Of a stretch of 64,000 nucleotides of DNA, positions 19,169-29,435 are shown piece after piece. Every line of letters begins with the position of its first letter. Position 1 is the stretch's first letter. The notes below the pieces were generated by a model. That model was not told the origin of the DNA and made no database searches. It saw nothing but the letters and a program-made list of their open reading frames with translations. Made by a program: the position numbers and the translations under genes. This stretch comes from Hyphomicrobiales bacterium (GTDB taxonomy: Bacteria; Pseudomonadota; Alphaproteobacteria; MED-G09): the NCBI GenBank assembly GCA_028339975.1, contig JAOLDG010000002.1, positions 8,302 to 72,301 on the forward strand, given 5' to 3'.

Positions 19169-21598
19169 ATGACAGAAGAAAAAAAAGTTCAAGAATTTAA
19201 ATTATTTAAAAAAATGCCTGTTCTTCCCTTAAGGAATATTGTCGTATATCCCCATATGGTCGTCCCTCTTTTTGTAGGTAGGGATAAGTCTATAGCCGCT
19301 CTTGAAGAGGTCATGGATAAGGGCCAAGAGCTTCTATTTTTAGCTCAGAAAGATGCTGATACAAATGATCCAAATACTGATGATCTCTATGAGATTGGAA
19401 CCTTAGGAAAGGTTCTTCAATTATTAAAGTTACCAGACGGAACTGTAAAAGTTTTAGTTGAGGGGCTTAAGCGTGCAAAAGTTGAAGAATTAATACCTCA
19501 TGAAAATTTTCTTGAAGCAAAAGTTGAAATAATTAGTGAAGAAAAGTCAGAAGATAAGGCTTTAATCGCTCTATCTAATCAAATTGTGTCTAGATTCGAA
19601 GAATTTGTTAAGCTTAATACTAAGGTTGCTTCTGAGGTTGTTTCCTCTCTAAAAGACATTAACGATCCATCAAAGATAGCCGATACTGTGGCTAGTCAGA
19701 TGACAGGTAATGTAGGTGAAAAACAAAAAATATTAGAAATTTTTAATACAGAGGAACGCTTGAATAATATTTTAGGCCAAATTGATGGCGAATTGTCAGT
19801 CCTTCAGGTAGAAAAGAAAATAAGGCGAAGGGTTAAAAACCAAATGGAAAAAACCCAAAAAGAATATTATCTAAATGAGCAAATGAAGGCGATACAAAAA
19901 GAGCTAGATGACGATGAAGAGGGAATAGATGATATTGCTGAAATTGAAGAAAAAATTAAAAATACAAAATTATCAAAAGAAGCTCTTGAAAAAACGAAAA
20001 ATGAGTTAAAAAAACTTAAGCAAATGAGCCCCATGTCTGCTGAAGCTACGGTTGTTAGGAATTACCTTGATTGGATATTGGATATTCCTTGGGGAAAAAA
20101 GAAAAAAGTTATAAAAGACATTAGCGCAGCTCAAGAAACTCTTGATAAAGATCATTATGGTCTTGATAAAGTGAAGGATAGAATTACTGAATATCTTGCA
20201 GTTCAAAATAGGTCAAAAAAGATTAAAGGTCCTATTCTTTGTTTAGTTGGTCCTCCCGGGGTTGGCAAAACTTCACTTGGAAAATCTATAGCCGCTGCTA
20301 CTGGAAGAGAGTTTATAAGGATGTCTCTTGGTGGTGTTCGTGATGAATCCGAAATAAGAGGACACAGAAGAACTTATATAGGCTCAATGCCAGGAAGAAT
20401 TATTCAATCTTTGAAAAAAGTTAAAACAACCAATCCACTTTTCTTATTAGATGAAATTGATAAACTTGGATCTGATTTTAGAGGAGATCCTGCTTCAGCA
20501 CTTCTTGAAGTTTTAGATCCAGAGCAAAATAGTGCTTTTAATGATCATTATCTTGAGGTTGATTATGATTTATCTCAAGTTATGTTTGTTACAACTGCAA
20601 ATTCTCTCGATATCCCTCAGGCCTTAGCCGATAGAATGGAGGTAATTAGGATTGCTGGATACACAGAAGATGAAAAGTTAGAAATTGCTAAAAGACACCT
20701 TGTTGAAAAGACAAAAGAAAATAATGGCCTTGGTGATGATGAATGGAAGGTTTCTGATGATGCTATTCAATCAGTTATTAGATATTATAGTCGTGAAGCG
20801 GGCGTTAGAGGTCTTGAGAGAGAGATTAATTCTTTAGCGAGAAAAGCTGTAAAGGATATAGCTTTGAATAAAAGTGATTCGGTAAATGTAACTTCTGAGA
20901 ATATTTCTGATTATCTTGGAGTTAAAAAGTATAGATACGGTAAGACTGAAAATGATGATCTTATTGGAGTTGTAACTGGTTTGGCTTGGACTGAAGTAGG
21001 CGGTGATATTCTTAATATTGAAGCAGTAATGCTTCCCGGTAATGGAAAGATTAAAGCTACAGGTAAGCTTGGCGATGTTATGAAGGAATCAATTGATGCT
21101 GCATCATCTTTTGTTAGATCTAGGGCGGTCAGTTATGGGATTGAGCCTCCAATCTTTCAAAGAAAAGATATACATGTTCATGTTCCAGAAGGTGCGACGC
21201 CAAAGGATGGACCTTCGGCTGGTGTAGCTATGGTAGTTGCAATTATCTCTGTAATGGCGGAAATCCCTATCAAACATGATGTAGCCATGACTGGAGAAAT
21301 GTCTCTTAGAGGAAGAGTTCTTCCAATTGGAGGATTAAAAGAAAAATTATTAGCAGCTACAAGAAGTGGAATTAAAACTGTTCTTGTGCCTAGTGAAAAT
21401 GAGAGAGAATTATCCGAAGTCCCTGAAAACATCAAAGATAAATTAGATATTAAATTAATTTCGACTATCGATGAGGCCTTAGACTTTGCTTTAACAAAAA
21501 AACCTATTGCTATTAAATGGGATGAAAAAGCTTGGCTTGCTGAGCAAAAGAAAGGAAATATTGAATCAGGAAGCACGCCTACTCAAACTACACATTAA
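19169..21598 (+). CDS. lon: Lon protease
   Basis: PVLPLR, GPPGVGKTS, RRTYIGSMPG, PKDGPSAG, IGGLKEK. Confidence 0.98.
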   Translation: MTEEKKVQEFKLFKKMPVLPLRNIVVYPHMVVPLFVGRDKSIAALEEVMDKGQELLFLAQKDADTNDPNTDDLYEIGTLGKVLQLLKLPDGTVKVLVEGLKRAKVEELIPHENFLEAKVEIISEEKSEDKALIALSNQIVSRFEEFVKLNTKVASEVVSSLKDINDPSKIADTVASQMTGNVGEKQKILEIFNTEERLNNILGQIDGELSVLQVEKKIRRRVKNQMEKTQKEYYLNEQMKAIQKELDDDEEGIDDIAEIEEKIKNTKLSKEALEKTKNELKKLKQMSPMSAEATVVRNYLDWILDIPWGKKKKVIKDISAAQETLDKDHYGLDKVKDRITEYLAVQNRSKKIKGPILCLVGPPGVGKTSLGKSIAAATGREFIRMSLGGVRDESEIRGHRRTYIGSMPGRIIQSLKKVKTTNPLFLLDEIDKLGSDFRGDPASALLEVLDPEQNSAFNDHYLEVDYDLSQVMFVTTANSLDIPQALADRMEVIRIAGYTEDEKLEIAKRHLVEKTKENNGLGDDEWKVSDDAIQSVIRYYSREAGVRGLEREINSLARKAVKDIALNKSDSVNVTSENISDYLGVKKYRYGKTENDDLIGVVTGLAWTEVGGDILNIEAVMLPGNGKIKATGKLGDVMKESIDAASSFVRSRAVSYGIEPPIFQRKDIHVHVPEGATPKDGPSAGVAMVVAIISVMAEIPIKHDVAMTGEMSLRGRVLPIGGLKEKLLAATRSGIKTVLVPSENERELSEVPENIKDKLDIKLISTIDEALDFALTKKPIAIKWDEKAWLAEQKKGNIESGSTPTQTTH

Positions 21599-21675
21599 AT
21601 TATTTTTAATTTAATTTTGACCATTTAAGTTTTTAGGGCATACATTCTTATTAATTAACAACTCAGGAGGATAAC

Positions 21676-21948
21676 ATGAATAAAAATGAACTTATCGACG
21701 CAATTGCAAGTGGATCTGGATTAAGCAAGGCTGACGCAGGTAGAGCTTTAGAAGCTTTTCTTGGATCAGTTACATCAAGCCTAGCTTCTGGCGGTAGTGT
21801 AAAAATTACTGGCTTTGGAACTTTCTCAGTTAGTCATAGAGCGGCTACTACAGGAAGAAATCCAAGAACTGGTGAAGCTATTCAAATCGCTGCATCAAAA
21901 AATGCTAAATTTAAATCTGGTAAAGGTTTAAAAGACGCAGTTAATTAA
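21676..21948 (+). CDS. hupB: DNA-binding protein HU
   Basis: [29 protein letters not shown]. Confidence 0.97.
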   Translation: MNKNELIDAIASGSGLSKADAGRALEAFLGSVTSSLASGGSVKITGFGTFSVSHRAATTGRNPRTGEAIQIAASKNAKFKSGKGLKDAVN

Positions 21949-21959
21949 TATTAACTTAC

Positions 21960-21988
21960 TTTAGGTGGCAAAATTTTTGCCACCTAAA
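21960..21988. repeat. Perfect 14-bp inverted repeat after hupB (terminator-like hairpin without U-tract)
   Basis: TTTAGGTGGCAAAA-T-TTTTGCCACCTAAA. Confidence 0.85.
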
Positions 21989-22120
21989 ATTAAATCAAAT
22001 TATAAACTTAAAATTAAATTAAATTTCCTTACTTTTATAATAAGGATTTTTATGTACTTAATACTTTTTAGGTTATATAAACTTTCAAAATAATAGAAAT
22101 TTAATACAACTTTATTTAAA

Positions 22121-22196
22121 GGGCGGTTAGCTCAGCTGGTAGAGCATCTGGTTTACATCCAGAGGGTCGGGAGTTCGAGCCTCTCACCGCCCACCA
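22121..22196 (+). tRNA. tRNA-Val(TAC)
   Basis: GGGCGGT acceptor stem ending ACCGCCC-A-CCA; anticodon arm TCTGG-TTTACAT-CCAGA. Confidence 0.97.
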
Positions 22197-22281
22197 TTAA
22201 ATAAAAAACATATTATAGTTTTATTTTTAGTGACTTGATTTAAGGAGATTTGACCCTTAAATAAGTCATGCATCTTATTAC

Positions 22282-22358
22282 GGGGATGTAGCTCAGTTGG
22301 TTAGAGCGCTGGCCTGTCACGCCAGAGGTCGCGGGTTCGAGTCCCGTCATTCCCGCCA
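22282..22358 (+). tRNA. tRNA-Asp(GTC)
   Basis: GGGGATG acceptor stem ending CATTCCC-G-CCA; anticodon arm CTGGC-CTGTCAC-GCCAG. Confidence 0.97.
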
Positions 22359-22488
22359 CTACTTTTTTCACTTCTTTCCTATTACTATTTAACTTTAATT
22401 AAATATTCTATAGATTTATATATAAAATAATAAAAATAATTTTATAAGTCTTATAATATTTCTTTATTATATATAAAGGAGAATTTTA

Positions 22489-22980
22489 ATGTTGGAATTT
22501 CAAAAACAAGATTGCAGTTTAACTCTTCAAGAAGGTTTGGATATTTATTATAATGCTTTTGAAGATCAAGAGTCGATTTTGAGGGGTGATACGAAAACAG
22601 ATCTTATATTTGGTCATGATTGTACCCATATTATCTTTGGACTTGGCCTTTCGTTAAAGGAAGAAGCGATTTTGGATACTTATGCTATTTTTGGATGCAA
22701 AGATTCACTAAAACTTCTCACAATAGCAGTGGGGCAAATATTTAGGTCCAAGGAGCTAATGACTCTATACAAGAAACTTTTTTTTGAACCTGGTATTAAG
22801 GAGTTAATTAATATAGTTCGTTCTTCTAAAAAGTCTAAAAATATTGCCAGAATGAATACCAAAAAAATGAAAAAGAAATGGATATATTTTAATCCTGAAA
22901 GTTATCTTTCCCATAAAATAAAGGATATAAGAGACGAGTTTGGTATTTCGATATTAAGCCAACATGAATTAAGCTTATAA
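22489..22980 (+). CDS. Hypothetical protein with Coq4-like metal-binding motif
   Basis: HDCTH-IIFGLGLSLKE-E equals HDxxH-x11-E; C-terminal ESYLSHKIKDIRDEFGI resembles the Coq4 terminal helix motif; AAGGAG RBS. Confidence 0.6.
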   Translation: MLEFQKQDCSLTLQEGLDIYYNAFEDQESILRGDTKTDLIFGHDCTHIIFGLGLSLKEEAILDTYAIFGCKDSLKLLTIAVGQIFRSKELMTLYKKLFFEPGIKELINIVRSSKKSKNIARMNTKKMKKKWIYFNPESYLSHKIKDIRDEFGISILSQHELSL

Positions 22981-23042
22981 ATCTTTAATATAAAAAATTT
23001 TATTGTAGTATTTTATTATAAAAAAATTTCAGTTGGATAACT

Positions 23043-23807
23043 ATGAATAAACTTGATGGTAAAGTTGCAATAATAACTGGTGGTGCTGGCGGTATAGGTA
23101 GAGCTACTGCGGAAGCTTTTTTGAATGAAGGTGCAAATGTTTTAATTTTTGATTTAAATGAGGATAATTTAATAAAGGTAAGTAAGGAAATCGGATCCAC
23201 CCACCTTAGTTATTTTGTTGGCGACGTAACAAAATATGAGGATAATATTCGGGCAGTTGAAATCGTTAAAGAGAAGTATGGAGGTTTAGATATCTTTATA
23301 GCCAATGCCGGTATAGAGGGTGAGGTTAAAAATATTGAAGATTATAATATAGATATGTTTGATCAAGTTATTGCTGTTAATATTAAAGGTCCTTTTTTAG
23401 GGTTAAAAGCATCTATTCCTGCAATGAACTTAAGAAAAGGCGGAAGCTTTATCATTACATCCAGTATTACAGGTCTTAAGGGTTCTCCTGGGATAGCGCC
23501 ATACGGAACAAGTAAGCATGCAGTAATTGGGTTAATGAGATCCGCAGCTAAAGAATGTGCAGAAAAAAATATAAGAGTTAATACTGTAAACCCATCACCA
23601 GTGGAAACGAGAATGATGAGAAGTCTTGAAGAAGGTTTGATGCCTGGAGAGGCTGGTGAAGCTAAAAATATGCTTGAAGCAAACATTCCTCTTGGGAGAT
23701 ATGCTATGCCAATAGATGTAGCAAAATTAATGTTATTTTTAGCTAGCGAAGACAGTAGCTTCATCACTGGTTCAGTTTACACTGTAGATGGCGGGAGTAG
23801 CGCTTAA
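23043..23807 (+). CDS. Classical short-chain dehydrogenase/reductase, probably NAD-dependent
   Basis: TGGAGGIG, Asp after beta2, NAG, YGTSK, FITG...VDGG. Confidence 0.93.
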   Translation: MNKLDGKVAIITGGAGGIGRATAEAFLNEGANVLIFDLNEDNLIKVSKEIGSTHLSYFVGDVTKYEDNIRAVEIVKEKYGGLDIFIANAGIEGEVKNIEDYNIDMFDQVIAVNIKGPFLGLKASIPAMNLRKGGSFIITSSITGLKGSPGIAPYGTSKHAVIGLMRSAAKECAEKNIRVNTVNPSPVETRMMRSLEEGLMPGEAGEAKNMLEANIPLGRYAMPIDVAKLMLFLASEDSSFITGSVYTVDGGSSA

Positions 23808-23894
23808 AAATTTATATAATAATTTAATTTATCAGTCGTTTTATTTTTTCAAAAAAATAGTTTATTGTATTTTTTACAATTAAGGGGTTAATTA

Positions 23895-25322
23895 ATGACA
23901 AGTTTTGATAATTTAAATGAAGTACTAGAAATACAAAAAAAAGCTCATTTAAGGGATGGACCCTTATCAGTCGAGACACGAAAAGAGTGGATCGATAGAT
24001 GTATAGCCTTATTAATAAAATATCAAAATGAGATTGCAGAAGCAATTTCAGAAGACTTTGGTCACAGAAGTACTGAAAGTTCACTATTGGCTGATGTAGC
24101 AGGATCAATTGGATCACTAAAGAGTGCTAAAGAAAATATCAAAAAATGGGTTAAACCAGAAAAAAGAAAAGTTACCCCGTCTATTTTAGGTCTTTTAGGT
24201 GCCAGATTAAGATTGGAGTACCAACCTTTAGGTACAGTAGGTGTTATTAGTCCATGGAATTTCCCTGTTACACTAACTTTTGGGCCTTTAGGTAGTATTT
24301 TTGCAGCAGGAAATAGGGCTATGATTAAGCCTTCGGAATTTACCCCAAAAACATCAGAATTAATGAAAAAAATGTTTGAAGAAGCGTTCTCACAAGAAGA
24401 GGTTGCAGTTTTCACTGGTGGACCAGATCTTGGAGAAGCTTTTTCATCACTACCTTTTGACCACCTTTTATTTACTGGTGCTACCTCAGTAGCAAAACAT
24501 GTAATGCGGGCTGCTTCAGAAAATTTAGTTCCTGTAACTTTAGAGCTTGGAGGGAAATCCCCTGTTATTATTTCAAAAAAATCTAACTTTGATGTCTCTG
24601 TGGGTAGACTTATGGCTGGTAAAACTTTGAATGCTGGTCAAATTTGTCTTGCCCCCGATTATGTTTTTATCCCTAAGGATAAAAAAGAAGATTTTATATC
24701 ACAATCTAAGAAAGTTGTTACAGAAATGTATCCTTCGTTAAAGGAAAACCCTGATTATACATCCGTAATCAATCAAAGACATTATGATAGGCTTCAAGGT
24801 TATATTGAAGAGGCCAAGGAAAAGGGATTTGAGGTTATAGAAATTAATCCTTCAAATGAAGATTTTAGCCAACAAGCTCATCATAAAATTCCTCCAACTT
24901 TAATTGTTGACCCAGATGATAGTCTATCGGTCATGAAAGAAGAAATTTTTGGACCAATTCTTTCCGTAAAAACTTATGAAAATATTGAAGATACAGTTGA
25001 CTATATAAATTCCAAGGATAGACCCTTGGGTCTTTATTACTTTGGTGATGATAAAGAAGAAATGCAGAATGTATTGGAAAATACTACATCAGGTGGAGTT
25101 ACTATTAATGATGTTGTTTTTCATGTTGGTCAAGATAATGCACCCTTTGGCGGTGTTGGACCATCTGGCACAGGTTCATATCATGGTGTTGAGGGCTTTA
25201 AGAACTTCTCTCATACCAAGACTATATATACTCAATCAAAATTTGATGGTTTATTTGGCCTCTTTAGACCGCCCTTTGGTGTAAAATCTCAGAGTGCTAT
25301 AAAAAGTCAAATCAAAGCTTAA
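23895..25322 (+). CDS. Aldehyde dehydrogenase, coniferyl-aldehyde dehydrogenase (CalB/ALDH3-related) type
   Basis: PWNFP, KPSEFTP, LELGGKSP, AGQICLAPDY, EEIFGP, RPLGLYYF, PFGGVGPSG. Confidence 0.88.
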   Translation: MTSFDNLNEVLEIQKKAHLRDGPLSVETRKEWIDRCIALLIKYQNEIAEAISEDFGHRSTESSLLADVAGSIGSLKSAKENIKKWVKPEKRKVTPSILGLLGARLRLEYQPLGTVGVISPWNFPVTLTFGPLGSIFAAGNRAMIKPSEFTPKTSELMKKMFEEAFSQEEVAVFTGGPDLGEAFSSLPFDHLLFTGATSVAKHVMRAASENLVPVTLELGGKSPVIISKKSNFDVSVGRLMAGKTLNAGQICLAPDYVFIPKDKKEDFISQSKKVVTEMYPSLKENPDYTSVINQRHYDRLQGYIEEAKEKGFEVIEINPSNEDFSQQAHHKIPPTLIVDPDDSLSVMKEEIFGPILSVKTYENIEDTVDYINSKDRPLGLYYFGDDKEEMQNVLENTTSGGVTINDVVFHVGQDNAPFGGVGPSGTGSYHGVEGFKNFSHTKTIYTQSKFDGLFGLFRPPFGVKSQSAIKSQIKA

Positions 25323-25335
25323 TTACAGAATAAAT

Positions 25336-26037
25336 ATGCCAAAAATAAATCGTAATGGAGTTAATATTCATTTTGAGGTATGCGGTAATGGTCCAGCTAT
25401 ATTTTTATCACATGGATTTTCTGATAATTTAGGAATTTGGAAGGAGCAGGTTAAGGTTCTTTCTGAACAAAATACTCTAATTACATGGGACCTAAGAGGA
25501 CATGGCCAAACGGACAGCCCAGATGAGATTATTCAATATAGTGAAGAAGAAACTTTACTGGATATGCTAGAAATTCTTAATTATTTGAATATCGAAAAGA
25601 CTTCTTTAGGTGGATTTTCCTTAGGTGGTTATATGTCTCTAGCTTTTTATAGACTTTATCCTGATAGAGTTTCTTCACTTTTAATTATTGACACTGGTCC
25701 AGGGTTTAAAAATGACGAAGCCAGAGAGGGTTGGAATAAATACGCTATAAAAAGTGCTGAAAGGTATGAAAGTAGGGGGCGTAAAGGTATTGGGAATGCT
25801 GCAAGAGGAATGCTTACACAAAAAGATGATAGAATCATCAACTCTTTGGCTGACATTTCTGTTCCAACTTTAATAATTGTTGGAGAGGACGATAAACCGT
25901 TTTTATCTGCCGCAGAATATATGTTTAAAAAGATATCAAAATCTAAAAAAATTATTATACCGGGAGCAGGCCACTCAGTTAATATTGATCAGCCAAAACT
26001 CTTTAATAGTGCGGTTTTAGAGTTCCTTGAAACATAA
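25336..26037 (+). CDS. Alpha/beta fold hydrolase
   Basis: HGF, WDLRGHGQT, GFSLGG elbow, GEDD, GAGH. Confidence 0.9.
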   Translation: MPKINRNGVNIHFEVCGNGPAIFLSHGFSDNLGIWKEQVKVLSEQNTLITWDLRGHGQTDSPDEIIQYSEEETLLDMLEILNYLNIEKTSLGGFSLGGYMSLAFYRLYPDRVSSLLIIDTGPGFKNDEAREGWNKYAIKSAERYESRGRKGIGNAARGMLTQKDDRIINSLADISVPTLIIVGEDDKPFLSAAEYMFKKISKSKKIIIPGAGHSVNIDQPKLFNSAVLEFLET

Positions 26038-26125
26038 ATTTTTTAGCATATTTTATCAAAAATAAAGCTCTTATTATTTCAATAAATTTTAGATAATTTT
26101 TGGCCAATAAAATTTTCGAATTTGG

Positions 26126-26153
26126 TTGCATTCCTTGGTTTAAAGGATATATT
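26126..26153 (+). promoter_or_regulatory. Putative sigma70 promoter of the nuo operon
   Basis: TTGCAT-N16-TATATT upstream of the AAGGAG RBS of nuoA. Confidence 0.4.
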
Positions 26154-26190
26154 GCACTCAAGTTTGTAGGGGGATAAAGGAGCAGGTTGG

Positions 26191-26556
26191 ATGCCATCTA
26201 TACTACAAGATTACTTACCTATCGTAATTTTTATGAGCTTGTGCTTATTTATTACTTTATTGCTTATTATTCCACCCCTTTTAATTGCACCAAACAATCC
26301 AGATCCTGAAAAATTATCACCATACGAATGTGGTTTCGAGCCCTTTGATGATGCTAGATCAAAATTTGATATTAGATTTTATTTAGTAGCGATTTTATTT
26401 ATTATTTTTGACTTAGAGGTAGCCTTCTTGTTTCCTTGGGCAATTGTTTTTGGTGATATTGGTCTCTTTGGTTTTTTCTCCATGATGTTCTTTTTAACAA
26501 TTCTAACAATTGGCTTTATATACGAGTGGAAGAAGGGGGCTTTAGAATGGGATTAA
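26191..26556 (+). CDS. nuoA: NADH-quinone oxidoreductase subunit A
   Basis: [33 protein letters not shown]. Confidence 0.98.
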   Translation: MPSILQDYLPIVIFMSLCLFITLLLIIPPLLIAPNNPDPEKLSPYECGFEPFDDARSKFDIRFYLVAILFIIFDLEVAFLFPWAIVFGDIGLFGFFSMMFFLTILTIGFIYEWKKGALEWD

Positions 26557-27053
26557 CTCTTGAGCGTGAAAAAAATGATTTTTCTTCCCAAATGTCTGAT
26601 AAAGGATTTTTTATAACATCCTCTGAGTCATTAATTAGTTGGGCTAGAACCGGATCTTTGCATTGGATGACTTTTGGATTAGCCTGTTGTGCTATTGAGA
26701 TGTTCCAAGCTAACGGACCTCGTTATGATCTAGAGCGATTTGGAACAGCACCAAGAGGCTCCCCTAGGCAATCAGATGTTATGATAGTTGCAGGTACATT
26801 AACCAATAAAATGGCGGGACCTTTGCGTAAGGTTTATGACCAAATGCCTGAGCCACGATATGTTATTTCAATGGGATCCTGTGCTAATGGTGGAGGTTAT
26901 TATCATTACTCATATTCCGTTGTTAGAGGTTGCGATAGAATTGTTCCTGTTGATATTTATGTTCCTGGGTGCCCTCCTACTGCAGAGGCTCTAATGTATG
27001 GGATACTTCAACTACAAAAAAAAATTAGACGAACGGGTACGGTTGAAAGGTAA
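26547..27053 (+). CDS. nuoB: NADH-quinone oxidoreductase subunit B
   Basis: [27 protein letters not shown]; start moved to ATG 26547. Confidence 0.97.
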   Translation: MGLTLEREKNDFSSQMSDKGFFITSSESLISWARTGSLHWMTFGLACCAIEMFQANGPRYDLERFGTAPRGSPRQSDVMIVAGTLTNKMAGPLRKVYDQMPEPRYVISMGSCANGGGYYHYSYSVVRGCDRIVPVDIYVPGCPPTAEALMYGILQLQKKIRRTGTVER

Positions 27054-27059
27054 ATATAG

Positions 27060-27683
27060 ATGTTTATAAGAAAAGATCATTATGAATTATTAGAGGACTT
27101 AAAATCACATTCAGCCATCAGTTCATTAGTGATTAAGCACGAAGTATCGGCTGGCGATTTGTCAATATACGTTTCCAATGATGATATTTATGATGTATTG
27201 AAGATTTTAAAAGATGATGATATTTTTCTTTTCTCCCAACTAACTGATTTATGTGGAGTAGACTGGCCTGAGAATGAAATTAGGTTTGAAGTTGTTTATA
27301 ATCTTCTTTCTATGTCAAATAATGCCAGAATTAGAGTTAAGTCCTTAACAGACGATAAGGATAATATTCAAAGCATCTGTAAATTATTTCCTTGTGCGGA
27401 ATGGTATGAGCGCGAAGCATTTGATTTGTTTGGTATTAACTTTGTTGGAAATAAGGACTTGAGAAGAATACTTACTGACTATGGATTCGAAGGTCACCCT
27501 TTAAGAAAAGACTTTCCTCTGACTGGCTACGTTGAAGTACGATACGATGATGATAAAAAAAGGATCATATATGAACCAGTTGATTTAAAGCAGGAATTTA
27601 GAAGTTTTGATTTTGAAAGCCCTTGGGAGGGAGTTAAATACCCTGATGATAATTTAGATAGTGAGAATCTAGATGACAAATAA
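27060..27683 (+). CDS. nuoC: NADH-quinone oxidoreductase subunit C
   Basis: [32 protein letters not shown]. Confidence 0.97.
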   Translation: MFIRKDHYELLEDLKSHSAISSLVIKHEVSAGDLSIYVSNDDIYDVLKILKDDDIFLFSQLTDLCGVDWPENEIRFEVVYNLLSMSNNARIRVKSLTDDKDNIQSICKLFPCAEWYEREAFDLFGINFVGNKDLRRILTDYGFEGHPLRKDFPLTGYVEVRYDDDKKRIIYEPVDLKQEFRSFDFESPWEGVKYPDDNLDSENLDDK

Positions 27684-28851
27684 AAGTACAGATAAATTTA
27701 GAGTTAATTTTGGACCTCAGCATCCTGCTGCCCATGGTGTTTTAAGGTTAATTTTAGATTTGGACGGTGAGGTTGTTGAAAGAGTTGAGCCTCATATCGG
27801 TCTTTTACATAGAGGGACTGAGAAGTTAATTGAAAATAAAACATATCTACAAGCTTTACCATATTTTGATCGTTTGGATTATGTTGCTCCGATGAATCAA
27901 GAGCACGCATTCACTTTAGCAGTTGAAAGCCTTTTGGATGTAATTGTGCCCAAGAGAGCACAGTACATCCGGGTTCTTTATTCTGAAATAGGAAGAATTC
28001 TTAGTCATATGATAAATGTTCCTGCCCAAGCACTTGATGTTGGAGCCCTTACACCAACATTGTGGGGTTGGGAAGAAAGGGAAAAGCTAATGGTTTTTTA
28101 CGAAAGAGCTTGTGGATCTAGATTGCATGCGGCTTATTTCAGAACTGGAGGAGTTCATCAAGATCTTGAGGATAGCTTAATAGAGGATATTTATAATTTT
28201 TGTGACCCTTTTTTAAATGTTCTAGATGACCTTGAGAATTTATTAACTGAAAATAGAATATTTAAACAAAGAAATGTTGATATAGGAATTGTGACTAAGC
28301 AAGACGTCTTAGACTGGGGCTTAACAGGCGTAATGGCTCGTGGTTCAGGATATCATTGGGATTTAAGAAAGACTCAACCATATGAGTGTTACGAGGAGTT
28401 AGATTTTCAAATACCGGTTGGAAAGACTGGTGATAATTATGATAGATATTTGGTCCGAGTTGAAGAGTGTCGACAGTCAATTTCTATTATGAAACAAGTA
28501 ATAAATAAAATGACTCCTGGCCCTATTATTTCTGAAGATAAAAAAGTTGCTCCACCAAAAAGAGCTGACATGAAATCCTCGATGGAGGCTCTTATTCATC
28601 ACTTTAAATTGTATACTGAGGGTTATGATGTTGGCCCAGGAGATGTTTATAGGGCTATTGAAGCACCTAAAGGAGAATTTGGCGTTTACTTGATATCTGA
28701 TGGAACTAACAAACCATACAGATGTAAAATTCGAGCTCCAGGTTTTGCTCACCTTCAATCCATTGATTATCTTGGAAAAGGACATTTACTTCCTGATTTA
28801 TCAGCCATTCTAGGCTCTCTTGATTTAGTTTTTGGAGAGGTTGATAGATGA
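27673..28851 (+). CDS. nuoD: NADH-quinone oxidoreductase subunit D
   Basis: [26 protein letters not shown]-terminal FGEVDR. Confidence 0.98.
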   Translation: MTNKSTDKFRVNFGPQHPAAHGVLRLILDLDGEVVERVEPHIGLLHRGTEKLIENKTYLQALPYFDRLDYVAPMNQEHAFTLAVESLLDVIVPKRAQYIRVLYSEIGRILSHMINVPAQALDVGALTPTLWGWEEREKLMVFYERACGSRLHAAYFRTGGVHQDLEDSLIEDIYNFCDPFLNVLDDLENLLTENRIFKQRNVDIGIVTKQDVLDWGLTGVMARGSGYHWDLRKTQPYECYEELDFQIPVGKTGDNYDRYLVRVEECRQSISIMKQVINKMTPGPIISEDKKVAPPKRADMKSSMEALIHHFKLYTEGYDVGPGDVYRAIEAPKGEFGVYLISDGTNKPYRCKIRAPGFAHLQSIDYLGKGHLLPDLSAILGSLDLVFGEVDR

Positions 28852-29435
28852 CCGTAAAGAGACTTGATATTAATCAACCCAAATCATTTGAATTTAGTAA
28901 TGAGGATCTAACTTTAATCAATGATACAATTCAAAATTATCCCGAAAACAGAAAACAGTCAGCTGTTGTTCCAAGTTTATATATTGCTCAAAAAAGAGCA
29001 GGCGGTTGGCTTCCTGAGCAGGCTATTTTAAAAGTAGCTGAAATGTTAGATATGCCAAAAATCAGAGTCCTTGAAATAGCTAGCTTTTATTCAATGTTTA
29101 ATTTAACTCCAACCGGACATCATTTTATTCAGGTGTGTGGAACGACACCTTGCTGGCTAAGGGGGTCTGATCAAATTAAAAAAGCCTGCAATGATTTAGT
29201 TGGAAAGGAAGGTGAGGTTTCAGAAGATAGCGTTAGCTGGTTGGAGGTCGAATGCTTGGGTGCATGTGTAAATGCCCCAGCAGTTCAAATTAATGAAGAT
29301 TACTATGAAGATTTAAATTATGAGAGTATGACTGCTCTCATAAAAAAAATTAAAGGTAAAAAAGATATAAAAGTTGGATCTCAGGTTGGTCGAGTTTCAT
29401 CAGAGCCAAAAAAAATGGAAAAAAATAATGCTTAA
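28848..29435 (+). CDS. nuoE: NADH-quinone oxidoreductase subunit E
   Basis: [21 protein letters not shown]. Confidence 0.97.
   Translation: MTVKRLDINQPKSFEFSNEDLTLINDTIQNYPENRKQSAVVPSLYIAQKRAGGWLPEQAILKVAEMLDMPKIRVLEIASFYSMFNLTPTGHHFIQVCGTTPCWLRGSDQIKKACNDLVGKEGEVSEDSVSWLEVECLGACVNAPAVQINEDYYEDLNYESMTALIKKIKGKKDIKVGSQVGRVSSEPKKMEKNNA

Noticed and set aside
21949..22488. TTAA-rich stretches as CtrA boxes or a replication origin
   Set aside because: Expected by chance at this AT content; no DnaA-box cluster seen
22359..26190. Integrative element or prophage at tRNA-Asp
   Set aside because: No integrase, transposase or phage gene, and no duplicated tRNA 3' end (attR) seen before nuoA
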